Positions 20,246-30,207 of a stretch of DNA of 64,000 nt are shown here, piece by piece. The notes below the pieces were generated by a model, which had not been told where the DNA came from, made no database searches, and was given only the letters and a program-made list of their open reading frames with translations. The translations under genes were made by a program, and so were the position numbers. The first letter of the stretch is position 1, and each line of letters begins with the position of its first letter. The DNA comes from Candidatus Krumholzibacteriota bacterium. Its GTDB lineage: Bacteria; Krumholzibacteriota; Krumholzibacteriia; JAJRXK01. The stretch spans positions 832,001-896,000 of the forward strand of contig CAVXTH010000009.1 of assembly GCA_963764625.1 (NCBI GenBank), written 5' to 3'.

Positions 20246-22039
20246 TCAGTTCTCTTCGTTCGCGTACATCTCCGTGAGAAGCCCGGCGTAGCGCTCCTGA
20301 ATCACGCGCCGCTTCACTTTCATGGAAGGTGTGAGCTCTTCCTCTTCCTGGCTGAACTCGTGGTCGAGGAGCCGAAAGTATTTGATTTGCTCGTAACTGG
20401 GCCGGTTCTGGTTCACCTTGTCGATCAGATGTTGAAACAGCCCTTGCACCTCAACCGAGGCCAAGAGCTCGCCGCGTTCTGCATGCTTCAGTTCATGGCG
20501 CGCGGTGTACGCTTCGAGGCTCTCGAAGTTCGGGACCAAGAGCGCCACGATGTACTTGTGCTTGTCGCCGATCAGGCAGGCCTCAGTGACGTAACGACTG
20601 AGCTTGATTTCGTTCTCGATGGGTTGCGGAGCGACGTTCTTTCCGCCCGCGGTGACAATGATGTCCTTCTTGCGGTCGGTGATCTTCAGGAATCCATCTT
20701 CGCTGAGTTCTCCGATGTCCCCGGTGTGAAGCCAGCCGTCGACCAGGACTTCCGCCGTGTCTGTGGGGCGCTTCCAGTATCCCATCATCACCGAGGGGCT
20801 TCGGGTGAGGATCTCTCCGTCATGGGCGATTTTCACTTCCACTCCGAAAACCAGTGGACCGACGGTGCCAGGCCGGAAGGACTTCGCGTTGTTGACCGCG
20901 ATCACGGGCGAGGTCTCGGTGAGTCCATAGCCTTCGTAGATGACCATGCCCGCCGCGTAGAAGAACTCGGCAATTTCCTTGGCCAGAGGCGCCCCGCCGG
21001 AGATGAAGAAGCGGAGCCGTCCCCCGGTACGTTTCTGCAATTTGCGGAAGACCAGGAGATCGGCGAGACGTTTTTTTGCTGCCAGAAGAGGCGAAATTCG
21101 CGCGTGGGCCAACTTCTGCTTCGCCCATGCCTCGCCGGCTGCCTTGGCCCAAAAGAAGATCCCTCGTTTGATCGCCGAACCCGAGACCGCCAGCGAGAGG
21201 ACCCGTGCGTAGATCTTTTCGTAGAGCCTGGGGACCGAGACCATCACCGTCGGACGAACTTCCCCCATGTTCTCCGCCACGGTCTCGATCGATTCGGCGA
21301 AGGCGATGCCCACTCCGCTGTAAACCATGATGTAATAGCCGGCCATCCGCTCGAGCACGTGCGAGAGAGGCAGAAACGAGAGGCAGATGTCACTAGGGCC
21401 CAGCTCGAAACCCTTCAGAGCGTTGAGTACGTTGCTCACGATGTTCTGGTGGCTCAACATGACCCCTTTGGGATCGCCGGTGGTGCCGCTGGTGTAGATG
21501 AGAGTGGCGAGGTCGGTGGCCCGGATGCTTCTGCCTCGGGGATCGGAATCTTCGGGATGCCGTTCCATCTGGACTCGCCCGATCTCTCTGATCTGATCCA
21601 AAGCGTAGATGCCGGCGCGATCAGCCGGCTCGATGCAGATGATGGTGCGCAGATGGGGACAGCGCGGCCTTGCCGCTTCGACCTTCTCCAACTGCTTGGA
21701 ATCCTCACAGAAGATGGCCGTGGCCTCGCTGTCGCGCAGAATGAACTCGACCTGGTTGGGCAAGAGGGTGGGGTAGAGGGTGACCACCACTGACGAGAGC
21801 CGGAGAATCGCCTGGTCGGCGAGGACCCACTCGAAGCGGTTCTGGCTCAGAATCGCGATGTGCTCACCTTCCTTGACCCCCAGACTGGCCAGTCCCTCGG
21901 TGAGCTCCTGGACGGCATTCAGAGTCTCGTGACTCGAAACCCTGTGCCACGTTCCCTCACGTTTGAACGCGAACATGTCTGGGCGGGGGCGGTCGCGGAC
22001 CGCGGTCTCGAACAGATCGACGAGAGTCTCGACGGCCAT
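20246..22039 (-). CDS. fadD: Long-chain fatty acid-CoA ligase
   Basis: 'YTSGTTGDPKG', 'EGYGLTET', 'LHTGDIG', 'DRKKD', 'LTPSMKVKR'. Confidence 0.92.
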   Translation of the reverse strand: MAVETLVDLFETAVRDRPRPDMFAFKREGTWHRVSSHETLNAVQELTEGLASLGVKEGEHIAILSQNRFEWVLADQAILRLSSVVVTLYPTLLPNQVEFILRDSEATAIFCEDSKQLEKVEAARPRCPHLRTIICIEPADRAGIYALDQIREIGRVQMERHPEDSDPRGRSIRATDLATLIYTSGTTGDPKGVMLSHQNIVSNVLNALKGFELGPSDICLSFLPLSHVLERMAGYYIMVYSGVGIAFAESIETVAENMGEVRPTVMVSVPRLYEKIYARVLSLAVSGSAIKRGIFFWAKAAGEAWAKQKLAHARISPLLAAKKRLADLLVFRKLQKRTGGRLRFFISGGAPLAKEIAEFFYAAGMVIYEGYGLTETSPVIAVNNAKSFRPGTVGPLVFGVEVKIAHDGEILTRSPSVMMGYWKRPTDTAEVLVDGWLHTGDIGELSEDGFLKITDRKKDIIVTAGGKNVAPQPIENEIKLSRYVTEACLIGDKHKYIVALLVPNFESLEAYTARHELKHAERGELLASVEVQGLFQHLIDKVNQNRPSYEQIKYFRLLDHEFSQEEEELTPSMKVKRRVIQERYAGLLTEMYANEEN

Positions 22040-22136
22040 GCCAGCCTCCTGGGCAAAGGAGAGGGCCGATGGACGGACCTTGAGCGACGCCCTATATTCA
22101 CCGCCTCGAAGGAAGAGTGTCAACGGAGGATCTTCT

Positions 22137-23264
22137 GTGACGAGCGTCCCTACGCCAGCCTTCTCCTCTAGGCATGGCCGCGAGCTGAGCCAAACCCTCG
22201 TCGATTGGTATGAAGCGGAGCGGCGCGATCTCCCATGGAGACGTACGCGCGATGCGTACGCGATCTGGGTGAGCGAAGTCATGCTGCAACAAACGCGGGT
22301 GGAAGTGGTCCGAGGAAGGTGGGAACGCTTCCTGCGCCGCTTTCCCAGCCTGAGCTCCCTGGCGCGGGCCGATCTTCAAGAAGTCCTGGCCGAATGGGCG
22401 GGGCTGGGGTACTACCGCCGTGCTCGCCTTCTCCATGAGGCGGCACGCCGAGTCGAAGACGAACACGACGGTCGGCTCCCGGAAGACTACGCCACCCTGC
22501 TCGAACTCCCCGGCCTGGGCGCCTATACCGCGGCGGCCGTGGCCAGCATTGCCTACGACGAAGCCGTGCCCGCGGTGGACGGAAACGTAGAACGCGTTCT
22601 CTCTCGGCTTCTCGCGGTGGGAGGTGATCCCAAGCGAGGCGACACCGCGCGGGCGATTCGCGGTACCGCCAGGGCCCTTGTCCGGGAAGGCTCCCCTCGA
22701 CTCGTGAGCCAGGGGCTGATGGAACTGGGTGCGCTGGTGTGTCTACCGCGCCAGCCGCGTTGCGAGCTGTGTCCCTGGTCCAAGGCGTGTCGAGCCAGAA
22801 GAAGCGGAAGGGTCGAGGACTTTCCCGAGCGACCGGCTGCCCGCGAACCCAAGCGGGTTTCCGCTTACGCCGCGGTCCTGCGCAAGGGCGAGCGCGCCCT
22901 GTGGCGGTGCCGCCCCGCCGGCGGCCACAACGAGGGGCTGTGGGAATTGCCCACCACGGCGTGGCACGAGGGAGAGGCGGACGAGAAGGAGGCCCGCGAG
23001 CGACTTGAGGAACTCGGTCGCGAATTCCAGGGAGAGTGGCGCGTGAAGCAGCTGCTGGCCACCGTGAAGCACAGCATCACCCACCACCGTGTCACCGTCT
23101 GTGCCTTCGCGGTGGAGGGAGAGGCCGAGGGCGGCCACGACACCCTGCGCTGGGCGAGCCTCAAGAAGGCGCAGTCCTTCGGACTCACCGCCGCCGCCGC
23201 GAAACTCTCCCGGCACCTTGCCCAAGAGCAGCCCCAGAAGCGGGCCCAGAAAGCGGCGAATTGA
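22137..23264 (+). CDS. mutY: A/G-specific adenine glycosylase
   Basis: 'LPWR', 'SEVMLQQT', 'GLGYY.RA', HhH 'LPGLG.YTA', 'VDGNV', FeS C-x6-C-x2-C-x5-C; GTG start after GGAGGA. Confidence 0.95.
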   Translation: MTSVPTPAFSSRHGRELSQTLVDWYEAERRDLPWRRTRDAYAIWVSEVMLQQTRVEVVRGRWERFLRRFPSLSSLARADLQEVLAEWAGLGYYRRARLLHEAARRVEDEHDGRLPEDYATLLELPGLGAYTAAAVASIAYDEAVPAVDGNVERVLSRLLAVGGDPKRGDTARAIRGTARALVREGSPRLVSQGLMELGALVCLPRQPRCELCPWSKACRARRSGRVEDFPERPAAREPKRVSAYAAVLRKGERALWRCRPAGGHNEGLWELPTTAWHEGEADEKEARERLEELGREFQGEWRVKQLLATVKHSITHHRVTVCAFAVEGEAEGGHDTLRWASLKKAQSFGLTAAAAKLSRHLAQEQPQKRAQKAAN

Positions 23265-23364
23265 GACGTCCCGCAGCGTTGCCTTGCCCCGACGATGGCC
23301 TGGCAGTATGCTCCTCGAGAGACATACATCGAGACAACTCCTTTCCTCCCAAGAGATTGCCGAT

Positions 23365-26300
23365 ATGAATCCTGCGATTTCTCCCACTGCGAAGAAGCAA
23401 GCGGACTGGGCCGCCAATTCCTACAAACCCGAGAACCCCTTGCGCTTCGTGACCGCGGCAGGCCTCTTCGACGGGCACGATGCGGCGATCAACATCTTCC
23501 GCCGGCTCTTGCAACGATACGGCGCCGAGGTCATCCACCTGGGCCACAATCGAGCCGCGGAGGAAGTGGTGGACGCCACCATCCAAGAAGACGCGCAGGC
23601 CATCGCCGTGTCCTCCTACCAGGGCGGTCACATGGAATACTTCCGCTACATGCGGGAGCTTCTGGACAAGAAGGGCGCGGGCCACGTCAAGATCTTTGGA
23701 GGCGGAGGAGGAGTGATCGTTCCCGACGAGATCACGAGACTTCAGAGTGAAGGAGTGGAGCGAATCTACAGTCCGGACGATGGTCGCGCACTCGGGCTGG
23801 ACGGCATCGTCTTCGACATGTTGCGTCGCAGCGATTTTCTCTGTCCGGCTCCTCTGAATCCTCCCGATGAGAGCGAGGAGGGCGCAGCGCGTTGGACCAC
23901 GGTCGCCCGTTGGATTTCGTTGGTGGAGAGGGAAGGAGAGAACAGTGAGGCGATCCGTGAGGTGGCTTCCGTCCTCGACGAACGCCCCGCGGGGACCCTT
24001 GCGCCGGTGGTGGGTCTGACCGGAACCGGCGGCGCGGGAAAGAGCTGTCTGACCGATGAGATCGTGCGCCGTTTCCTGCTCGATTTCCCCGATCGCAACC
24101 TGGCGGTCCTCAGCGTGGATCCATCCAAGCGCCGCACCGGAGGCGCGCTGCTGGGCGACCGCTTGCGCATGAACGCGGTGCATCACGAGCGGGCGTACAT
24201 GCGAAGCCTCGCCACGCGCCAGAGCAAGGGTGAACTCTCGGGCGCCATCCGCGACGCCATCGCGGTGGTGCGCGCCGCCGGATTCGACCTCGTAATCGTC
24301 GAGACCAGCGGAATCGGACAGGGAGACGCGGGCATCGTCGAGGTCTGCGACATCCCGATCTACGTGATGACCAGCGAATTTGGAGCGCCCACTCAGCTCG
24401 AAAAGATCGAAATGCTGGATTACGCGAAGATCGTGGTCGTGAACAAATTCGACCGTCGGGGAAGCGAAGATGCCCTGCGCGACGTATGCAAGCAACTCCG
24501 TCGCGAGCGCGATTTTGACCCCGCGATGCCAGTGGAAGAATATCCGGTCTTCGGCACCATGGCCTCGCGTTTCAACGACGAGGGAGTCAATGCCTTCTAC
24601 AAGACGCTCATGCAGAATCTGGACGAGTTCAGCGGCGGAAAGTGGAAGAGCGCTCTGGACATCCCTTGCCGCCGTCAGACCGACGTCAAGACCCATGTCA
24701 TCGATCCCTCGCATCTGCGCTACCTCTCGGAAATCGCGGATGCTCTGCGCACGCACCACGACTATACCAAGCAGCAGGTCACCGCGGCCCGGCGGGTGGA
24801 TGCTCTACAGCGCGCGCTGGACGAGGTCGGAACCGAAAACGGCGCGGCGCTTTCCGCGAAGCTCGAGGAAGCGCGGGCCGAGCTCGACCCAATGATCGCG
24901 GCCGCCTTGGCGAGCTTCGACGAGTTGCGCGAGGCCTACCAGCGGGATGAGATGGTGGTGCGCATCCGGGACAAGGAGATTCGCAACCGCTTGAAGTCGC
25001 ATTCCCTGGCCGGCACTCCGATCGCGCGCGTGGTGCTTCCCCAAAGCTCAGACAAGGGCGAGCAGGTTCGCTTCCTCTTGGAGGAGAACGTGCCCGGAAA
25101 GTGGCCCTATACCGCGGGTGTTTTCCCCTTCAAACGACCTGAAGAAGAACCGGCGCGCATGTTCGCGGGAGAGGGGCCGCCCGAACAGACGAATCTCCGG
25201 TTTCACTATCTGAGCAAGGACAGCACGGCGAAGCGGCTTTCGACCGCCTTCGATTCGGTCACCCTGTACGGCGAGGACCCACATCACCGGCCGGACATCT
25301 ACGGAAAAGTGGGGGAGAGCGGCGTCTCGATCTGCAGTCTCGATGACATGAAGCGTCTCTACAGTGGCTTCCATCTGACCGATCCCACGACCTCGGTGAG
25401 CATGACCATCAACGGGCCGGCCCCCATGATTCTGGCCATGTTCCTCAACACCGCGATCGACCAGGAATGCGAGAGCTGGCTGAAGCAGAACGGCAATCTC
25501 CAGGAAGCGCGAAAGCGGCGCGATCGAATCCTTCAGGAAAGCGGCGCGAGCAAACCCAGCTATCTCGGCGAACTTCCGCCGTCACACGATGGTTTCGGCT
25601 TGGAGCTCTTGGGCGTCACCGGCGATAAGCTATTGCCGGAGGACGTGTACGCGAAGATCAAGGCGCACACCTTGAAGATCGTGCGCGGCACCGTCCAGGC
25701 CGACATCCTGAAGGAAGACCAGGCGCAAAACACCTGCATCTTCTCGACCGATTTCGCGCTGAAGATGATGGGCGACATTCAGCAGTATTTCATCGACCAT
25801 GAGGTTCGCAACTACTACAGCGTGAGCATCAGTGGCTATCACATCGCCGAAGCGGGTGCGAATCCCATTTCGCAACTCGCGTTCACACTGGCGAACGGCT
25901 TCACTTACGTCGAGCACTACTTGAGCCGTGGGATGTCGATCGACGAAGTCGCGCCCAACCTGAGCTTCTTCTTCTCGAACGGTCTCGATCCTGAATATTC
26001 CGTCATCGGCAGAGTGGCGCGGCGCATTTGGGCCGTGGCGATGAAGAAACGCTTCCAGGCCAGCGATCGCAGTCAAAAACTCAAGTACCACATCCAGACG
26101 AGCGGGCGTTCCCTGCATGCGCGTGAAATCGCGTTCAACGACATTCGCACCACGCTGCAGGCCCTGATGGCGCTGGCGGACAACTGCAACAGCCTGCACA
26201 CCAACGCCTACGACGAAGCGGTCACCACTCCGACCGAGGAAAGCGTACGGCGTGCATTGGCGATCCAGCTCATCATCAACCGCGAGCTCGGGCTCATGAA

Positions 26301-26787
26301 GAACGAGAACTTCCTGCAGGGTTCCTACTTCGTGGAGCAGTTGACCGATTTGGTGGAGGAGGCCGTCCTGGCCGAGTTCGATCGCCTCAGCGATCGCGGA
26401 GGAGTCCTGGGCGCGATGGAGACCCAATACCAGCGAGGGCGCATCCAGGACGAGAGTCTGCTCTATGAGACCAAGAAGCACTCCGGAGAGCTACCCATCA
26501 TCGGCGTGAACAGTTTCCTCGATCCCAACAAGACCGAGAACCAATTGGAGGCGGGTCTGCTCATCCGGGCCTCCAAGGAGGCGAAGGAGCGACAGATCGA
26601 CGGCTGCCAGCGCTTTCAGCGGCGTCATGAGAGCGAGGCCAACGCGGCTCTGCAGCGACTGCAGAGAGTCGCCATCGCCGGCGATAACGTCTTCGAAGAG
26701 CTTATGACGACGGTGAAGATGGCCACCCTGGGCCAGATCACGCACGCTCTTTACGAAGTGGGTGGCGAGTACCGTCGGATGGTTTGA
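23365..26787 (+). CDS. icmF: Fused isobutyryl-CoA mutase / MeaB-like GTPase
   Basis: B12-binding 'FDGHDAA', GTPase 'GTGGAGKS', mutase 'RMFAGEG', 'RLSTAFD', 'GYHIAEAG'. Confidence 0.93.
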   Translation: MNPAISPTAKKQADWAANSYKPENPLRFVTAAGLFDGHDAAINIFRRLLQRYGAEVIHLGHNRAAEEVVDATIQEDAQAIAVSSYQGGHMEYFRYMRELLDKKGAGHVKIFGGGGGVIVPDEITRLQSEGVERIYSPDDGRALGLDGIVFDMLRRSDFLCPAPLNPPDESEEGAARWTTVARWISLVEREGENSEAIREVASVLDERPAGTLAPVVGLTGTGGAGKSCLTDEIVRRFLLDFPDRNLAVLSVDPSKRRTGGALLGDRLRMNAVHHERAYMRSLATRQSKGELSGAIRDAIAVVRAAGFDLVIVETSGIGQGDAGIVEVCDIPIYVMTSEFGAPTQLEKIEMLDYAKIVVVNKFDRRGSEDALRDVCKQLRRERDFDPAMPVEEYPVFGTMASRFNDEGVNAFYKTLMQNLDEFSGGKWKSALDIPCRRQTDVKTHVIDPSHLRYLSEIADALRTHHDYTKQQVTAARRVDALQRALDEVGTENGAALSAKLEEARAELDPMIAAALASFDELREAYQRDEMVVRIRDKEIRNRLKSHSLAGTPIARVVLPQSSDKGEQVRFLLEENVPGKWPYTAGVFPFKRPEEEPARMFAGEGPPEQTNLRFHYLSKDSTAKRLSTAFDSVTLYGEDPHHRPDIYGKVGESGVSICSLDDMKRLYSGFHLTDPTTSVSMTINGPAPMILAMFLNTAIDQECESWLKQNGNLQEARKRRDRILQESGASKPSYLGELPPSHDGFGLELLGVTGDKLLPEDVYAKIKAHTLKIVRGTVQADILKEDQAQNTCIFSTDFALKMMGDIQQYFIDHEVRNYYSVSISGYHIAEAGANPISQLAFTLANGFTYVEHYLSRGMSIDEVAPNLSFFFSNGLDPEYSVIGRVARRIWAVAMKKRFQASDRSQKLKYHIQTSGRSLHAREIAFNDIRTTLQALMALADNCNSLHTNAYDEAVTTPTEESVRRALAIQLIINRELGLMKNENFLQGSYFVEQLTDLVEEAVLAEFDRLSDRGGVLGAMETQYQRGRIQDESLLYETKKHSGELPIIGVNSFLDPNKTENQLEAGLLIRASKEAKERQIDGCQRFQRRHESEANAALQRLQRVAIAGDNVFEELMTTVKMATLGQITHALYEVGGEYRRMV

Positions 26788-26796
26788 GCGCCGACT

Positions 26797-28536
26797 TCAG
26801 TTGTTGGGCTGGGTGATCAGTTCCAGACTGTCACTGGCCTGATCGAAAGCATCCGGAGACAAGAGACAGATGAGTTCATCTCCTTCCAGACAGACGGTGT
26901 CGGGGAAGGGATCGATGATCTCTCCCCTGCGCAGAATCGAAAGCAACTGGATGTGTGCTCCGAAGGGTCGCTCGCGCAGGGCCGTGCCCGCTCCGGGTGC
27001 GCCTTCGCGGACACTGCATCGGCACAGACTGCGACCGGTGCCACCGATGGGGATGGGCGTGCCCATCTGCAGGAGGTTCGCCAGGTGAGCCGGCGTCGCC
27101 TCGCGGGGGAGTCGAGCTCGTCCGGAGCGAATGAGATCCATCGCGCGCAGAGTGTATTCCTCGTGATGAACCGGTGAGTCGGCCCGCGTGGCCACCTGGG
27201 CTTCGTAGAGGCTGGGCCAGCGCCATCCGGTAGTGATCTTCGACTCGATGAGGTAGCTCAGGATGACCGCGAGCATGCTCGGAACGAGCAGTCCGTATCC
27301 CCCGGTCATCTCCATGACCATGAGCATGGTTGCGATGGGCACCCGCGCCGCCCCGGAGAAGAATGAGGCCATTCCCACCACCGCGAAGGCAGCGACGCTG
27401 CACTGCGAGGCGGGGAAGATCCGGTTCACCGCCAGGGCCAGGGCGGCTCCGAGAAATGTTCCCACGAAGAGGCTGGGCGCGAAGACACCCCCGGAACCTC
27501 CGGACGCCACCGTCAAGGACATCGCCAGCATCTTGGCCACCGCCAGAAGGAGCAGCAGTCCGATCGCGAGCTTGCCGTCCATCGCCATCTGCATCCAGCC
27601 GTACCCGCCGCCCAGGACCTGAGGCAGCGCCAGTCCCAGGATTCCCAACAGCAGGGCTCCCAGGGCCGGGCCGAGAAAGCGCGGCCCCGGCAGGGCCAGG
27701 AAGACCTGATGGGTCCGGTAGTAGAGCCAGGGCAGGGTGGCGGCCACCAGGCCGGTGAACACCCCCAAGACCGCGAACCAGAAGAGGGTGTCGATGTGAT
27801 CGAAGGTCAGTCCGGCCGGCAGGCTGAAGATGGGGTCGAAGCCGACGAAGATCCCGTTGACTGCGTAGGCGACGACCGCGGCCATGATGGTGTAGATGAG
27901 CGCGCGGGCCTCGAATTCCATGGTCGAGTAGAGCACTTCGACCGCGAAGACCGCCGTTCCCAGCGGGGAGCGAAAAATGGCCGAAAGTCCGGCCGCCACC
28001 CCCGCGAGGACCAGGAGCCGCCGCTCCCGAGGGGAGCACCCCAGCCACTCGGCCATGATCGAGCCGAACCCGGCACTGATCTGCGCTACCGGACCCTCGC
28101 GTCCCGCTGCGCCCCCTGAGCCAATGGTCAGCGCGGAGGAGATGGCCTTCACCAGGGGCACCCGGGCCCGCACGGCGCCGCCTTTTTCGTGGAAGGCACT
28201 GATGGCGGCGTCGGTCCCGTGGCCTTCTGCCTCGGGCGCGAAGCGGAAGACGATGAGCCCCGAAAGAATGCCCCCGATCGTGGTGGAGACGGGGATCAGC
28301 CAGAGACCTTGTCGCCCGATCACTTCCAGCCCGGAAGAGCCCTCCGAGACCAGTCCGGGAGGCACGTAGCCGGCGATCCCGAACAGCAGATAGTGGGAGG
28401 CGGTGCGCAGCATCCACATGAACGCGGGGGCGGCCAGGCCGCCGACGATCCCCACGATCGCCGACAAGAACACCAGGCGGCCGGTGGACCCCGAGCTGGG
28501 GCGGAGGAAAGATGCAGTGCGTTGGAACAAGGGCAT
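26797..28536 (-). CDS. ClC chloride channel/antiporter with C-terminal TrkA-C-like domain
   Basis: 'GHGT', 'GREGP', 'GGVFAP', 'SLYEAQ'. Confidence 0.9.
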   Translation of the reverse strand: MPLFQRTASFLRPSSGSTGRLVFLSAIVGIVGGLAAPAFMWMLRTASHYLLFGIAGYVPPGLVSEGSSGLEVIGRQGLWLIPVSTTIGGILSGLIVFRFAPEAEGHGTDAAISAFHEKGGAVRARVPLVKAISSALTIGSGGAAGREGPVAQISAGFGSIMAEWLGCSPRERRLLVLAGVAAGLSAIFRSPLGTAVFAVEVLYSTMEFEARALIYTIMAAVVAYAVNGIFVGFDPIFSLPAGLTFDHIDTLFWFAVLGVFTGLVAATLPWLYYRTHQVFLALPGPRFLGPALGALLLGILGLALPQVLGGGYGWMQMAMDGKLAIGLLLLLAVAKMLAMSLTVASGGSGGVFAPSLFVGTFLGAALALAVNRIFPASQCSVAAFAVVGMASFFSGAARVPIATMLMVMEMTGGYGLLVPSMLAVILSYLIESKITTGWRWPSLYEAQVATRADSPVHHEEYTLRAMDLIRSGRARLPREATPAHLANLLQMGTPIPIGGTGRSLCRCSVREGAPGAGTALRERPFGAHIQLLSILRRGEIIDPFPDTVCLEGDELICLLSPDAFDQASDSLELITQPNN

Positions 28537-28614
28537 GGCCGCCAGAGTAGTCGATTTTCGCCGGCTCACAAGTACCGTCTTGTTCCCACCCCACCTTGTG
28601 GTATCGTGCGGTTC

Positions 28615-29178
28615 ATGAAGGTAGCGTTCATCGGCACGCATGGAGTGGGAAAGACCACCCTCTGCTTCGATCTGGCAGCACGGCTCAAACGACTCGATCT
28701 CAACGTCGACATCGTCCGCGAAGTTGCGCGGCACTGCCCTCTACCCATCAATCAGGAGACGACGCTGGAGGCGCAGGCCTGGATCCTCCACACCCAGATC
28801 GCGCAGGAGATCGGCGCCGCCACCCTCTTCGGAGCCGTAATTTGCGACCGAAGTGTCCTGGACAACTACGTCTATCTCGTGCATCGGATGGGGCACCGGC
28901 CCGAGTACGATCCCCTGGTCGCCACCTGGGTGAAGACCTACGACGCCCTCTTCAAGGTCCCCATCCTGCAGCCCCCCAGCTTCGATGGCACCCGCGCGCT
29001 TTCCGCCACCTTCCAGAGCGAAATCGACGAACTCATCGACGAACTGGTGGAGGGTTTCGGAGCGAGTTCGCACCGGCTCGATCCCACGGATCGTCCGGGC
29101 TGGATCGACTTCGCCCTGAAGACCCTGGGTCTACCCCACGAGCCGCCTCAAATCGATCTCTTTGCTCCCGAATCGTAG
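28615..29178 (+). CDS. P-loop ATPase/kinase (NadR/Ttd14 AAA_28-like)
   Basis: 'GTHGVGKTT', 'EVAR', 'CDRSVLD.YVY'. Confidence 0.8.
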   Translation: MKVAFIGTHGVGKTTLCFDLAARLKRLDLNVDIVREVARHCPLPINQETTLEAQAWILHTQIAQEIGAATLFGAVICDRSVLDNYVYLVHRMGHRPEYDPLVATWVKTYDALFKVPILQPPSFDGTRALSATFQSEIDELIDELVEGFGASSHRLDPTDRPGWIDFALKTLGLPHEPPQIDLFAPES

Positions 29179-29194
29179 GGGTAGTGCTGAGTCC

Positions 29195-29845
29195 ATGGTG
29201 CACTGGCTAGAGTTCCCTACTCAGACGCAGACCTACACGCTGGTGGATGCACCAGCCGATCCCCGATGCATCATCTTGGGGTTCCACGGCTATGGCGAAC
29301 GCCCCGCCCATTGTCTGGAGGGTCTTCGCAAAGCGGGAGTCGAAGGCGCTCTCCTGGTGGGTCCCATGGGACAGCATCATTTCTACGATCGTAAGGGAAA
29401 GGTCGTGGCCTCGTGGATGACGCGCTTTGGCCGCGAGATTCAATCGGAGCAGATCCTCGAGTACGCGAGTGAACTGTTGAGGAGGTTGAAATCTTCGCAC
29501 GGAGAACTGCCTCTCTATATCTTTGGGTTTTCCCAGGGTGCGTCTACCGCTTACCGTGTAGCGAGTTTACCCGGTTCTCGACCTCGTAGGCTCTTCATCC
29601 TGGCGGGCGATTGTCCGCCGGATTTCAGGGCTCGCTTGTCGCTCCAAGTGGAGTTTGGGGTCACGATTCTTTGGGGAAGCGGCGACACCACGGTGCACCT
29701 TCCCGCATTGAAGGCGGACGAGGAATTTCTGCGCGGATTGGGTTGGCCGGTGGAACTCTTGGTACTGGCGGGCGAGCACGACTATTTCGACGAAGCCATG
29801 AAAGTGGTGGGGGAGAGAATCGAAGCGGATTTGGCCGCGGTTTGA
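29195..29845 (+). CDS. Alpha/beta hydrolase (phospholipase/carboxylesterase)
   Basis: 'FHGYG', 'GFSQG', 'G..D', C-terminal His. Confidence 0.85.
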   Translation: MVHWLEFPTQTQTYTLVDAPADPRCIILGFHGYGERPAHCLEGLRKAGVEGALLVGPMGQHHFYDRKGKVVASWMTRFGREIQSEQILEYASELLRRLKSSHGELPLYIFGFSQGASTAYRVASLPGSRPRRLFILAGDCPPDFRARLSLQVEFGVTILWGSGDTTVHLPALKADEEFLRGLGWPVELLVLAGEHDYFDEAMKVVGERIEADLAAV

Positions 29846-29922
29846 GTCGGATGGGCGAAAGCCCGACTTAGTGGTTCAGCTCGAGGAGCACGAGGGTTTT
29901 TTCTCGAGCGAGGGATTGGGGA

Positions 29923-30207
29923 ATGGAGATGGAACTCGAGCGGCTCTACCGCTATCTGAAGGAGAAACCGCGCGATGCGCGCTGGATGCTGCGCAAGGTG
30001 GGAGCTAGCTATCTAGAGACGGTGGAGGAGATGCGTCGCCGCGGATGGACAGTGGAATGCCGTCTCGAAGACGTCAATGGCTTGCATCGTGCGGTATACT
30101 GTGCCGACCTCCAGGGAGAGCTCTTTCTGGAGAAGAACTCGGCTCGCCCGGCGCCGCGACGACGACGGGCAAGGGCCGGGAGAGCTTTGGAGAAGCTGAG
30201 ACCATGA
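29923..30207 (+). CDS. Small hypothetical protein, possible winged HTH
   Basis: ATGA overlap with next gene; 'EEMRRRGWTVE' resembles wHTH helix-strand. Confidence 0.55.
   Translation: MEMELERLYRYLKEKPRDARWMLRKVGASYLETVEEMRRRGWTVECRLEDVNGLHRAVYCADLQGELFLEKNSARPAPRRRRARAGRALEKLRP

Noticed and set aside
23264-23365. Cobalamin riboswitch upstream of icmF
   Set aside because: Only about 100 nt intergenic, with no B12-box-like consensus seen.
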